From: a phage | DNA length: 64,000 nucleotides | Sequence record: PQ327946.1 | Direction: 5' to 3' (one strand) | Part shown: positions 37,391 through 46,701 of the stretch, one piece after another | How positions within the stretch are numbered: the stretch's first letter is position 1 | Layout: the number at the start of each line of letters is the position of its first letter | Position numbers and translations under genes: made by a program | Notes under the pieces: generated by a model | Told to the model about the DNA's origin: nothing | The model's database searches: none | The model's input: the letters and a program-made list of their open reading frames with translations, nothing else

Positions 37391-37929
37391 TCTTTTATTT
37401 CCAGTAGTTTGTTTGATTTAAGGTAATTAGCCTTTTCTAGGACTTCAGAAGCATATTTACTTCCAGCACTCGTCTTCCATCCCGCATTATATGAGGATAT
37501 AGCTTTTCTTATATCCCCGTTATGTATATTTAACCAATAAGAAAATTCGATATAAGCCCATCTGGCTGAATTAGACCGCTTAGATAGCATTTTCTTAATT
37601 TGGGCATCAGACATATTATAACCAAGCCGGTTAATTCTTGCCCTCATTGTTGGTAGATAATTTTGGAACATTCCATACGCATGGTGACCTTTCTTATCTT
37701 TAAGATTAATACCAGCAGATGATTCCTGCCATAGTATTGCGGCCATTATGTATCCAAGTCCTTTCTTATGCATATTTTCATGCGTTTTAAATTTTCCATC
37801 CTTAGAAAACTGTTCCCCAAACTGATAAGCATAATTCAAGTTATCGAGTTGGACATTACTAAAAGTATGCTCGGAGCTATGTGCTGATAACGAAAGAGCA
37901 AATAGACCAGCGAGTAGTGCTTTTCTCAT
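37387..37929 (-). CDS. Secreted lytic transglycosylase-like protein
   Basis: 180 aa; signal peptide; WQESSAG ... GMFQ ... YNAGW resembles SLT-domain motifs. Confidence 0.5.
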   Translation of the reverse strand: MRKALLAGLFALSLSAHSSEHTFSNVQLDNLNYAYQFGEQFSKDGKFKTHENMHKKGLGYIMAAILWQESSAGINLKDKKGHHAYGMFQNYLPTMRARINRLGYNMSDAQIKKMLSKRSNSARWAYIEFSYWLNIHNGDIRKAISSYNAGWKTSAGSKYASEVLEKANYLKSNKLLEIKE

Positions 37930-37937
37930 GTTTACCT

Positions 37938-38396
37938 CTAGATTTTAATCACTGCTTTAGAAGCTTTTCCTGGTAGTCGTTTACTGTTAATAATAGCCAT
38001 TCTACATTGAAGAGTCTTCATTTTGAATGCTGGATTTTCGCGACAAACTGTAAGTCCTAGCCAAAGATTTCCATCAGTTATTTCTAAACGGCCTGGACGA
38101 TATTCGACACCTTCGACAAAATCTTCATCAACATCTGGACGTGCCGGCATTGATAAAAATTCTGCAACTTCTTTAACATGATTTTTTACTTTACGAAATA
38201 ATTCAAAAACGTAGTTCTCATCTATTTCTCTCTGGATAGCACGATCTAAGAGATGTTGAGAATACTTGATATGAAAGCCTGGTAGTCCAAGAGACTTTGC
38301 AGCATCTTTTATACCGGCATTTATTTTGCGGAACTCCGTTTCAAAGATTCGACGGAGTTTATTACGGCGGATAAAAACGTCAGAATTGATAGTCAT
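37938..38396 (-). CDS. regB: Endoribonuclease RegB
   Basis: 152 aa; sequence closely resembles T4 RegB as I recall it. Confidence 0.85.
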   Translation of the reverse strand: MTINSDVFIRRNKLRRIFETEFRKINAGIKDAAKSLGLPGFHIKYSQHLLDRAIQREIDENYVFELFRKVKNHVKEVAEFLSMPARPDVDEDFVEGVEYRPGRLEITDGNLWLGLTVCRENPAFKMKTLQCRMAIINSKRLPGKASKAVIKI

Positions 38397-38404
38397 TTTT
38401 GATT

Positions 38405-38454
38405 TCTCCTCTAGTTGACAGGTCTATAGTAACACAACTAGAGGAGAAGTAAAC
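38405..38454 (-). promoter_or_regulatory. Early promoter GTTTAC-N17-TACTAT inside a 13-bp inverted repeat; SD-sequestering hairpin for regB
   Basis: Arms TCTCCTCTAGTTG (38405..38417) and CAACTAGAGGAGA (38435..38447) flank the -10. Confidence 0.55.
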
Positions 38455-38753
38455 TACTCTTTGAAAGGAATTAACTTTTTAACTGCTTTAGATACTTCGT
38501 CACGAACCTGGTGGAAGTTCTTGAGCTGTTCAAGGCGTTGTTCGTAATACGCAATCTCATCTTCTTCAAGACAATCGTCAGCGTCTTCTTTCAGATATGC
38601 CTTGTACTCATTAAAGAGGGCCCATAGGCGATTCTCAAAGTCATCAAGGCTTTGAATTTTCTTGTGCTTCGGAACAAGGCCAAAAGGATTGCTTTCAGTT
38701 ATGCGTCGAGATGCTTCATAATGAGTTCCAAAGCCTGATAGGATTTGAGCCAT
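38454..38753 (-). CDS. Hypothetical protein
   Basis: ATG at 38753 overlapping upstream stop. Confidence 0.4.
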   Translation of the reverse strand: MAQILSGFGTHYEASRRITESNPFGLVPKHKKIQSLDDFENRLWALFNEYKAYLKEDADDCLEEDEIAYYEQRLEQLKNFHQVRDEVSKAVKKLIPFKE

Positions 38754-39019
38754 TAGTATTTTTCCTCTGGTCGAAATACCGCACGGCATGCCCACATGCT
38801 GGCTTCTTTTAGATGTTGCTTAGCATACTTAAGAGCCTGCACTGCATCCATATCTTCTTTGGTTTGTTGCTCTGATTCATTTTCTTTCAAGATATATGCT
38901 TCTTCAATCAGAGCATCAAACATCAATCCAAGACGGACTTCTGCGTCTTTAATAGCGTTCACTTTACTGATTTTATCATCGGTATGTGGCTTGTAGCCTT
39001 TGATGTCTTCAATCGACAT
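38753..39019 (-). CDS. Hypothetical protein
   Basis: ATG at 39019 with SD GAGGAAA. Confidence 0.4.
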   Translation of the reverse strand: MSIEDIKGYKPHTDDKISKVNAIKDAEVRLGLMFDALIEEAYILKENESEQQTKEDMDAVQALKYAKQHLKEASMWACRAVFRPEEKY

Positions 39020-39233
39020 AAGGAATTTCCTCATCGGTGGCAAGGTCATATTCAACCAATTGGATAGGCTCATTAATACCATATCCGCGTACAGTGATAT
39101 CAGTTGTCGGATATTTTCCAGTAATATCACCCGTTCTAAATGCTTCAATGAATGATTGCTCGCCTGAGCAACTAAACCAGGCGGCAAAACATTTTAAAAC
39201 ATCTTCAGACCCTTCTATAATCAATTTAGCCAT
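39009..39233 (-). CDS. Hypothetical small protein
   Basis: 74 aa ORF. Confidence 0.4.
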   Translation of the reverse strand: MAKLIIEGSEDVLKCFAAWFSCSGEQSFIEAFRTGDITGKYPTTDITVRGYGINEPIQLVEYDLATDEEIPYVD

Positions 39234-39595
39234 TATAGACTCTCAGTAAAGGTACGAGCGATAACGTCGCGCTGCTGTTCCGGAGTCAGAGAGTTAAAGC
39301 GAACTGCATAACCGGATACACGGATGGTCAACTGCGGATATTTTTCCGGATGCTTAACTGCATCTTCCAGAGTTTCGCGACGCAGAACGTTAACGTTCAG
39401 GTGTTGACCACCTTCAATTTTAACTTTAGGTTGATGTTCAATTTCAATTTCACGGGCATTCAAACCGTAGAAAATTTCCGGGTCTACAATAGCGTCTTCT
39501 TTAAAAGTCTTAGAGACAATAATCCGGGCTTGAGTACCGTCTTCAAAATAAATAGTGCCTTTGTGTGTGCCTTCAAGAATTTGATATGCTTTCAT
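39233..39595 (-). CDS. Autonomous glycyl radical cofactor-like protein (GrcA/YfiD-like)
   Basis: 120 aa; C-terminal RVSGYAVRF glycine radical motif. Confidence 0.65.
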   Translation of the reverse strand: MKAYQILEGTHKGTIYFEDGTQARIIVSKTFKEDAIVDPEIFYGLNAREIEIEHQPKVKIEGGQHLNVNVLRRETLEDAVKHPEKYPQLTIRVSGYAVRFNSLTPEQQRDVIARTFTESL

Positions 39596-39601
39596 ATAAC
39601 C

Positions 39602-39910
39602 TCAATTAGAAAATAAATTTATCCAAGATTTTTCTTTAATCAAAAATGGGTCGGAATTAAACGCCATTAAACTTTGAGTGATTAATCCCTTAAATGGCCC
39701 ATCAATAAATTCCATTTTGAAATGCGGAATACTAGTCATCAACCGTGCATTAGGAGCAGTACAAAGAACCTGCTGACCTGCGAACGGACCTTTAGTCAAA
39801 CGATATCGTTTAGGTTTAAAATGGTAGATCTCGTAATTTTCTACAAGAGCCCTTTTATTGCATACTGGACTGTTATAACAATACTCAAAAACTTCAATAG
39901 TGGTCATCAT
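39602..39910 (-). CDS. Hypothetical protein
   Basis: ORF trimmed to ATG at 39910/39907. Confidence 0.4.
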   Translation of the reverse strand: MMTTIEVFEYCYNSPVCNKRALVENYEIYHFKPKRYRLTKGPFAGQQVLCTAPNARLMTSIPHFKMEFIDGPFKGLITQSLMAFNSDPFLIKEKSWINLFSN

Positions 39911-40446
39911 TGCATTCCAATCACAAAAAATTGAGGACGAGCAGTACCGCCTATGCAATATTTGCTTTTGCAGCAGTGCTGTACTGATTTAATATGGACA
40001 TTGTAAATCTTATCCATATCAGGAGCTTTAATAGGCTCGTCAATTATGTATAGAATACGAGAAAGCGTTAATCCACGGAATTTAGAACCTTCATTGCCAA
40101 TAAAACTACGGACAGAATCAGTAAATAAACGGAATCGAATATCATCGCTAGAATAACGAGAAAATTCTTTTTTAATGTTGCCAGCAGAAATTTTAGCATA
40201 AGCTGAAGTATTAGAAAGAACAATAACTGTTCCATCGTCGTGCAGCCAATTAGCAGCAAAATTAGTTACTGCAGTGGATTTACCTGATTGTCTGCCACCG
40301 TCTAAACGAAGTGTACAGTACTGCTTGAGTATGTCTTCAAATGGTGGGACATAACCGTTCTTACAAATTTCTTCTACTCTAGCATCAGAATGGTGTGTAA
40401 AAGCATTCATCAGGGATAGATAAGGTCCAGTTAAAAATGTTTTCAT
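39907..40446 (-). CDS. P-loop ATPase
   Basis: Walker A GGRQSGKST and Walker B ILYIIDEP; start at 40446 or 40494. Confidence 0.5.
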   Translation of the reverse strand: MKTFLTGPYLSLMNAFTHHSDARVEEICKNGYVPPFEDILKQYCTLRLDGGRQSGKSTAVTNFAANWLHDDGTVIVLSNTSAYAKISAGNIKKEFSRYSSDDIRFRLFTDSVRSFIGNEGSKFRGLTLSRILYIIDEPIKAPDMDKIYNVHIKSVQHCCKSKYCIGGTARPQFFVIGMQ

Positions 40447-40718
40447 TTTGTTCTCTCTAAGTTTGGGCCATTCCATGGCACATGAATTGTCCATTTCTGT
40501 ATTTACCCATTACCGCACTTGGGCTCGACCTTATTACAGGTTGGCGGGAATCCCTCATAGAATCATGAGGTCCAGCTTGTTCCCATGTTATTTGAATGTA
40601 AATATTTTTGCCTTAATACTTATACCAGTGTGGCTTCATTAAAATTTTTTCATCGAGTCATTTTACCTCTCCAAGTAATTATGATTATACTATCACAATT
40701 CTAGGAGAAAGTAAACTG

Positions 40719-41021
40719 TTATTTACCTTTAATTACTTTAGCTGCTTCGATAGCCGCTTGCTGAAGGTCATCCATAGACATACCGAATTTAGAAGCAAAG
40801 TTATCAATTTTCTTTTCAACAGCATTCAAAGGCTTGGCCTGTTTACCTTCATTAGCGCCAGGAAGAGCGAGAATACGCTCTTTGTCAATATAAAGGCTTA
40901 CAAGTTTCTTACGGTCTTTATCGGACAAATCGTGAAATGAATGGGCCTTTTTATTTATAGCGGCTTCTAATTTACCTGCACTCACTCGCGCTTCAGTAAT
41001 AAATTCTTGATATGTTTTCAT
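40719..41021 (-). CDS. Internal protein candidate with capsid targeting sequence (IPII/IPIII-like)
   Basis: 100 aa; N-terminus MKTYQEFITEA matches the T4 internal-protein targeting sequence. Confidence 0.55.
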   Translation of the reverse strand: MKTYQEFITEARVSAGKLEAAINKKAHSFHDLSDKDRKKLVSLYIDKERILALPGANEGKQAKPLNAVEKKIDNFASKFGMSMDDLQQAAIEAAKVIKGK

Positions 41022-41112
41022 TTTTGTTTCCTTGTTTGTTTTGATAGAGTAATTATACCATATTAATACTTAAGCGTAAACTGTTTAAGCTTTACCATCG
41101 CAACCTTTTTCC

Positions 41113-41526
41113 TTAGTAAATTGATTTACCATAGTATTTGTACCAAGTAGGACGTTGAGCAATTTTTTCATCTAAACGAGCTTGACTTATCGCAATGGAC
41201 GCTTCGGTCGGGACATAATTATTACGAAATTCGGCAGGGATGTCGGAAATATCTTGGACAGTCGTGTCCTTGATTTTGAAACCACGTTTCAAGCATTCAG
41301 CGATTAGCTCGATTTGACGTAAACGTAAAAATTCGAGTTTGTCGTAAAAGAATGTTACATGACCTGTGCCTAAGATAAATGTCGGGGAGATTTTAAAATC
41401 CTTTACACGTTTACCGTTTTGAACATGTTTACGGACTGCACCAAATACGCGTGGTAATTCACGATACTCAGCCATAAGATGTTGGTCGGTCAGTTCAGAA
41501 ACAAGTGTTAAATTGATACGAGTCAT
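41113..41526 (-). CDS. denV: Endonuclease V (pyrimidine dimer DNA glycosylase)
   Basis: 137 aa from ATG at 41526; [12 protein letters not shown] matches T4 DenV. Confidence 0.9.
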   Translation of the reverse strand: MTRINLTLVSELTDQHLMAEYRELPRVFGAVRKHVQNGKRVKDFKISPTFILGTGHVTFFYDKLEFLRLRQIELIAECLKRGFKIKDTTVQDISDIPAEFRNNYVPTEASIAISQARLDEKIAQRPTWYKYYGKSIY

Positions 41527-41529
41527 AAT

Positions 41530-41583
41530 TTCCTCCAAGTAGTTGATGAATGTATAGTATCAAAACCCTTGGAGGAAGTAAAC
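41530..41583 (-). promoter_or_regulatory. Early promoter and SD-sequestering inverted repeat upstream of denV
   Basis: Arms TTCCTCCAAG (41530..41539) and CTTGGAGGAA (41568..41577) flank -10 TACTAT; -35 at about 41577..41583. Confidence 0.5.
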
Positions 41584-41584
41584 A

Positions 41585-41866
41585 CTATTTTTCTGAAGCG
41601 CCTGAAATGTATTTTTCAAGACGTTGTTTCATCAGCGAGCCGTTCTTAGCGATTTCTTCCGGTTTATCGCACATACGCAACAAGGCTTCAAGCTTAACGA
41701 TATCACTGGTGCGCTCAAATTTGCGAGTATCTATCTTACTAGCAAGTTCAGAAATACGTGCTAATAGACTTTCAGCTTCAACCAAAGCTGCACCTAGCTT
41801 AGTTGCAAATGTGTCAGTAGCTTCGTTAAGAATAGATTCTGATAAAAATTCACTATATGTTTTCAT
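41585..41866 (-). CDS. Internal protein candidate with capsid targeting sequence
   Basis: ATG at 41866 overlapping lysozyme stop; N-terminus [10 protein letters not shown]. Confidence 0.55.
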   Translation of the reverse strand: MKTYSEFLSESILNEATDTFATKLGAALVEAESLLARISELASKIDTRKFERTSDIVKLEALLRMCDKPEEIAKNGSLMKQRLEKYISGASEK

Positions 41867-42351
41867 ATATACGCTTTCCAAGTTCCTGTTTTAAATGTTG
41901 AGATTACGCGTTTCGCGCGATTAGGTGTCTGACGATACCATTTAGATTGTGCTAGATTTACTGCCGCTTCGTCCCAACGTTTCTGTTGAAGCATACGAAG
42001 AGAATTAGTAAAACCGGCAACGCCTGCTACACCCATTTGGAAGACCATATTGACCAATGCACATCGACGAACTGCATCTAAAGAATCATACACCGGTTTA
42101 AGTTTAGCATTACCCAAGATTCCACGAACGGCTTTATCAACGTCTTCATTAAATAGCTTTTCAGCCTCATCAAGGGTAATTGTACCGTTGCATTTACGTC
42201 CGATCATTCTGTCAAGTTCAGCTTTAGCTACGGTTAAAGACGGGTTCTTTGTTACTAAATGACCTATGCCAATCGTCCAAAAGCCTTCAGTGTCTTTGTA
42301 TAAAGTCAGTCTAAGACCTTCGTCATTACGAAGCATTTCAAATATATTCAT
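41863..42351 (-). CDS. e: Lysozyme (endolysin)
   Basis: 162 aa from ATG at 42351; [15 protein letters not shown] matches T4 lysozyme. Confidence 0.93.
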   Translation of the reverse strand: MNIFEMLRNDEGLRLTLYKDTEGFWTIGIGHLVTKNPSLTVAKAELDRMIGRKCNGTITLDEAEKLFNEDVDKAVRGILGNAKLKPVYDSLDAVRRCALVNMVFQMGVAGVAGFTNSLRMLQQKRWDEAAVNLAQSKWYRQTPNRAKRVISTFKTGTWKAYI

Positions 42352-42352
42352 A

Positions 42353-42378
42353 ATACCTCCCACGTTTATAGGAGGTAT
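42353..42378 (-). promoter_or_regulatory. SD-sequestering hairpin with late-promoter-like loop upstream of gene e
   Basis: ATACCTCC/GGAGGTAT arms; loop contains TATAAACG on minus strand; SD GGAGG in 3' arm. Confidence 0.5.
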
Positions 42379-42385
42379 TTATTAC

Positions 42386-42844
42386 TTATAGGATGGTAGT
42401 GAGCACCTTATATAATGATTTGCCCATTACATATTCCCATTGAGAAGGTTTAATTAAAGCGAATGCATCAAATTCAGGAATCTGTCGTCCGTCTGGGAAT
42501 GTATGATAGGAATTACAAACACTGTTTCTGAATTGCTCGTGCTCTACAGGGATGGTATATAGGAACAGATGAATATTCTTATTGTCTGAGTAATGATGTT
42601 CACCTAGGTCTTTCAGGAAGGCAGGGTCATATTGTGTAAACCCAGTTTCTTCTTCGCATTCACGAATAGCGGCTTCGATAGGAGATTCACCGGGCTCGAC
42701 ACGACCTTTAGGAATATCCCACCGATGAGCTAAAGAACCTTTAGGACGAGAACCAGTTACACGCCCCATGAATAACTCTTTATCTTTTGTCATGAAGATA
42801 ATACCGGCTGATAGTTCTTTCACTTTATTTTTCTTACTCATCAT
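42386..42844 (-). CDS. nudE: Nudix hydrolase
   Basis: 152 aa; Nudix box GRVEPGESPIEAAIRECEEETG. Confidence 0.8.
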   Translation of the reverse strand: MMSKKNKVKELSAGIIFMTKDKELFMGRVTGSRPKGSLAHRWDIPKGRVEPGESPIEAAIRECEEETGFTQYDPAFLKDLGEHHYSDNKNIHLFLYTIPVEHEQFRNSVCNSYHTFPDGRQIPEFDAFALIKPSQWEYVMGKSLYKVLTTIL

Positions 42845-43085
42845 CTCGGTCCCATGATTTAGCCATTAATTCGGACATAAATTCTTCAATGCGCGTTTCT
42901 TTAGATGGACTTTCACTATTAGAGACCGCAAGTTTGTAATCTGCAATAGGACAGAACATATCAAGGTCCATATTAAGATCGTCTTTGATTTTTTCTTCTG
43001 ACACGTCTTTATCGTATGTGTACAGATAACTATCACATGATTCTGATTTAATGTAAATTGCTATACTCATCTCAAATTCCTGCAT
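42834..43085 (-). CDS. Hypothetical small acidic protein
   Basis: 83 aa ORF. Confidence 0.4.
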   Translation of the reverse strand: MQEFEMSIAIYIKSESCDSYLYTYDKDVSEEKIKDDLNMDLDMFCPIADYKLAVSNSESPSKETRIEEFMSELMAKSWDRDDE

Positions 43086-43558
43086 TCGGTAATAAAACGT
43101 TCAACTTCATTATTCTTGGCCTTTATCTTGTCTTTACGTTCCTGTAAACTACTTTTAACAAGATTAATAGCGATGCCTACAGTACCTCCACCAATAATAC
43201 CACCAATAATACTTACAATAGTAGATGCTAATAAGATAGCGATAATATCTAGTACAGCAAAGGCACTTACTTTAGTACTAAAAAACCATACCGACGGTAC
43301 AAATATAATCCATCCTGTTATCCATTGGCACTTATTGAAAAACTTTTCAAGATCAGCTTGAGTTGTTCGTATTACTTCATCGATAGGTTGATATCCATTA
43401 ATGTATCTGTTCACAATAATACCTGCTGGCTGGTCGATTTTAAATTCTTGGCAAATATGTTTCACTAAATAGGATGGACATCCCGTCCAATCTACTGAAT
43501 AGTATGAAATACCTTCGTTGTCATCGTCTATATTAGACCAATATGTTTTGTTAATCAT
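43067..43558 (-). CDS. Membrane protein
   Basis: 163 aa; central hydrophobic helices and glycine-zipper-like segment. Confidence 0.5.
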   Translation of the reverse strand: MINKTYWSNIDDDNEGISYYSVDWTGCPSYLVKHICQEFKIDQPAGIIVNRYINGYQPIDEVIRTTQADLEKFFNKCQWITGWIIFVPSVWFFSTKVSAFAVLDIIAILLASTIVSIIGGIIGGGTVGIAINLVKSSLQERKDKIKAKNNEVERFITECRNLR

Positions 43559-44244
43559 TACCAGCCTTCCATAGGGAATTCTAGATAAACTTGAGCGTTG
43601 ACACGAATTTCATTGGTAATCTTTTTAACTCGGTCTGTATTACGAGATACACGTCCGAACCAACGCCATCCATTACTAATTGCACGAGAACCAGTGTGCC
43701 ATGTTTGCCAATCAAACTGAAGAAGAGTACGATCTGGAGCTTCCCATTTCTCTAGTTCACCTTTTTCAATTTTTTCGAGGACTTCTTTGTGCCACTGGCG
43801 ATAGATAAGTTCGCCATCAGGAATCTGACTGAACTCTGCAGTTCCTGTTGCAAAATGAGTAGGACACACATCAGCGTTAACAAGACCAAGAATATGTTCA
43901 GACAAATAACGAGGATTGTCATAATCAGGTTGTCCTGCAGTAATAAAATGTTGTCCTGTTGGAATATCTGGGCGCGGTACGTCATCATGGTGATATCCAG
44001 GAATAGCAGGGTACCAACCAGGCATCAGCATGTGGACTCGTGAATCAAATACTACATCCGAGTCTTTCCAATCGTCAGGAAGATTTTGGATAAAGCTACG
44101 AGTAATCGGGCCGCCATTATCAAAAGTAAAATTCAAATCACAGTTAAAGAACATAGGCTCGTTTTTAATCTGGTCGTTTTTAATCGCATGAGCAAAACCG
44201 CCTACTGCACGAGCTTGGCTATTAAACACTTTAGAACTATTCAT
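43558..44244 (-). CDS. Hypothetical protein
   Basis: 228 aa ORF. Confidence 0.5.
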   Translation of the reverse strand: MNSSKVFNSQARAVGGFAHAIKNDQIKNEPMFFNCDLNFTFDNGGPITRSFIQNLPDDWKDSDVVFDSRVHMLMPGWYPAIPGYHHDDVPRPDIPTGQHFITAGQPDYDNPRYLSEHILGLVNADVCPTHFATGTAEFSQIPDGELIYRQWHKEVLEKIEKGELEKWEAPDRTLLQFDWQTWHTGSRAISNGWRWFGRVSRNTDRVKKITNEIRVNAQVYLEFPMEGW

Positions 44245-44245
44245 A

Positions 44246-44551
44246 TTATTTTCCTCGACATTCTTTAATGAAATTTTCTAGATTGGTAGATTCAATAGCT
44301 TTTTTACGAGCTTCTGCGTGTTCTTCTTCAGACAATTTACATTTATAATTGACCCAGACATTATGGTCGAAACTAGTCGTGGCATATAATAACAATGCTC
44401 CGACGAATAATAAAAACGGTGATAAGAATACAAAACCAGGAACACCATCCATATCGTAAGCCTTTTGTAATACTGCAACAGAAAGAGCTGCGTAAAAAGG
44501 TGATGCAAGTATTGTTAAAAGACCAATTCGGTTGGTTTCTGTTAATTTCAT
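44246..44551 (-). CDS. Membrane protein
   Basis: 101 aa with two hydrophobic helices. Confidence 0.45.
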   Translation of the reverse strand: MKLTETNRIGLLTILASPFYAALSVAVLQKAYDMDGVPGFVFLSPFLLFVGALLLYATTSFDHNVWVNYKCKLSEEEHAEARKKAIESTNLENFIKECRGK

Positions 44552-44579
44552 AATATTCTCCTCATGTTTTAATAGGACT

Positions 44580-44609
44580 ACTATAACATAGTCCTATAAT
44601 TGTGTAAAC
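44580..44609 (-). promoter_or_regulatory. Early promoter GTTTAC-N18-TATAGT with inverted repeat
   Basis: TAGGACTA/TAGTCCTA inverted repeat around the -10. Confidence 0.45.
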
Positions 44610-44622
44610 AGTTTTTGCGAAA

Positions 44623-45579
44623 TTATTTGAAAGGTTTTACCATATGAAAGTTTTGTTTGAAACGCTTGACGTAATCGTCGTGTCCTAAGCTTTGGTACAT
44701 ACTTACTACTTTGCTATAATTTTCCCAAGCGAACTCACGGAACCAACCGGAGGTGATGCTTGTGCAGACTTTTTCTAATGCCATCATGAAACTGGCTTCA
44801 GGGTTAATTTCAAAGTTATTAGGAATCTGAGAACGTTCTAACGCTAGTACACATGATTCTTCGTATACACCGGCCAATTTGACCATTTCCGGAAGTGATT
44901 CAAACTTCTCGCGTGAGGTCATTACTTCAGAACCGTCTTTCATATAAAACGTATAAGCCGGACGGTCTGTTAGTGCAATGGCTTCATGAATAGTATCATG
45001 GTCATATGTATAGATGTCATCTTTAAAGAACGCACTTTTAGAAGTGTCAAGAATCGGGTGAGCATAGTTCAAGGTTTCTTTCTGGCGTTTCAGCATAATT
45101 TCAGTAAGTTCATCGTTCAGTGTAACACCTTTACCACGAAGATACTGAATATGGTTCATAGTCTTTAAAAAGAATGGATTATTTTTCTTGAAACGATGAG
45201 ACATCTTAATTGCAAGACATATCTCAGGAGTTGCCCAGTAAAACCCGTTCAAACGGTCTTTAGTCAAATTTTTCTTGGCGTATTTTAAAAGGTCATAAGA
45301 AGACGTGAAATCTTCAGGAGTGAGTTCACCGACTAATTCACTGACATTAGTGATTGCCGGAACAATATATGCTTCAAAATGAGTTTCGCGTCCATTATGG
45401 AAGCATTTGAAAACTTGGACATCAGGGTTATCTTGATGAACATATACACCCATCATTTGATTTTTGAATGCATTCCAAGAACCTTGGTCTGCAATAAAGT
45501 CCCAGTCACTATTTTTGATAGCGTTAGAATCAATAAGACCGTGATAGTGAAGTGCACGAGAACCAATAACTAACATCAT
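44623..45579 (-). CDS. Hypothetical protein
   Basis: 318 aa ORF. Confidence 0.5.
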   Translation of the reverse strand: MMLVIGSRALHYHGLIDSNAIKNSDWDFIADQGSWNAFKNQMMGVYVHQDNPDVQVFKCFHNGRETHFEAYIVPAITNVSELVGELTPEDFTSSYDLLKYAKKNLTKDRLNGFYWATPEICLAIKMSHRFKKNNPFFLKTMNHIQYLRGKGVTLNDELTEIMLKRQKETLNYAHPILDTSKSAFFKDDIYTYDHDTIHEAIALTDRPAYTFYMKDGSEVMTSREKFESLPEMVKLAGVYEESCVLALERSQIPNNFEINPEASFMMALEKVCTSITSGWFREFAWENYSKVVSMYQSLGHDDYVKRFKQNFHMVKPFK

Positions 45580-45604
45580 AATAATTTCCTCGAATTTAGA
45601 TTAC

Positions 45605-45856
45605 TTAAATTTCACGACATGCGATATTATATTCATCCCAGAGGTCGTCATGTGAAGCCTCTACCAATGGAACGATTGTACCGTTTATGTCTTCATTATA
45701 AGGACAAATTGTACAGTGCGCATCTTCGAATCGGATGCCTTTGTGTTCAGATTTTTTATAACGCATATCGAATATCTTTGCAAACTTTTCACGAGTAATG
45801 GTTTTACCAACCACTTTGGTTCCGATACTTTCGTAATAAATCATTGTGGACTCCAT
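45605..45856 (-). CDS. Hypothetical small protein
   Basis: 83 aa ORF. Confidence 0.4.
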   Translation of the reverse strand: MESTMIYYESIGTKVVGKTITREKFAKIFDMRYKKSEHKGIRFEDAHCTICPYNEDINGTIVPLVEASHDDLWDEYNIACREI

Positions 45857-45872
45857 TTAATTTGATAGGACT

Positions 45873-45902
45873 ACTATAACATAGCCCTATCTTGTTGTAA
45901 AC
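45873..45902 (-). promoter_or_regulatory. Early promoter GTTTAC-N18-TATAGT
   Basis: Same cassette type as 44580..44609. Confidence 0.45.
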
Positions 45903-45906
45903 TGTT

Positions 45907-46104
45907 TTAGCAAGAATAACTAGATGATACCCAGCCTTGAACAGTAATGCTATTATTGGATAATGAGATCGCGTCCTGGAGATTCAGACCTGCGTTATCT
46001 TCAATCCACAATGTAACTTCTTCGCGTTCTTCTGTTGCAATTTGGAACAGGTTTTCCAGAGCAGCTACTGCCGTACGTACAGCACAATCTAATTCACGAG
46101 ACAT
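45907..46104 (-). CDS. Small protein, tandem paralog family (C-terminal W-x-S-S-x-x-C)
   Basis: 65 aa ending GWVSSSYSC. Confidence 0.45.
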   Translation of the reverse strand: MSRELDCAVRTAVAALENLFQIATEEREEVTLWIEDNAGLNLQDAISLSNNSITVQGWVSSSYSC

Positions 46105-46113
46105 ATGGTTTCC

Positions 46114-46386
46114 TTAGCAAGTGTGAGAAGATGCGATCCAACCACCAGTTTCGAGGCTCAGGTTGTAGTCGTATTGGTAAACATCAGCCCATTCAGCATA
46201 GCCGTTTTTTGTACAACGTTCAAGATCGGCTTTAAGTTGTCCGGGTGAATGATAGGTTCCACCCATACCATAAGCTGGATACAAGTCGAATGTTGTGTTT
46301 TGTTTATCAGCAATTTCTTTGGCAGCCTCAATAGCTGCATAGATTTTTGCTACAGCTTCAGCCAGTTCGGTTTGTTCTTTAGACAT
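46114..46386 (-). CDS. Small protein, tandem paralog family
   Basis: 90 aa ending GGWIASSHTC. Confidence 0.45.
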   Translation of the reverse strand: MSKEQTELAEAVAKIYAAIEAAKEIADKQNTTFDLYPAYGMGGTYHSPGQLKADLERCTKNGYAEWADVYQYDYNLSLETGGWIASSHTC

Positions 46387-46395
46387 AATGATTCC

Positions 46396-46701
46396 TTAGC
46401 ACAACGCAGAAGACGAAACCCAAGCACCTTCAGTAATAACGTAACCATTACCTTCACGCTTAACATCGCCACCATTATTTTCAATTTCATCTTTCATCCA
46501 CTGGGATACGATTTCACCCTTAGGATAATAAGTACGACCGCTACCATAATCACCTACAGAAAATGATACGGCGTATTGGTCTGCGATCTTTGTTGCTTCT
46601 TCTTCGATACGTTCAGCTTGATTCAGAAGTTTATAAATTGCATCTGAAGCGGATTTGGCATCATTAAACTCTGGTACTTTAATTTCAATAATCTTACTCA
46701 T
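46396..46701 (-). CDS. Small protein, tandem paralog family
   Basis: 101 aa ending GAWVSSSALC. Confidence 0.45.
   Translation of the reverse strand: MSKIIEIKVPEFNDAKSASDAIYKLLNQAERIEEEATKIADQYAVSFSVGDYGSGRTYYPKGEIVSQWMKDEIENNGGDVKREGNGYVITEGAWVSSSALC

Noticed and set aside
44623-45579. Second nucleotidyltransferase (GS...DWDF near N-terminus)
   Set aside because: Spacing between GS and DxD is longer than in minimal NTases; left as hypothetical
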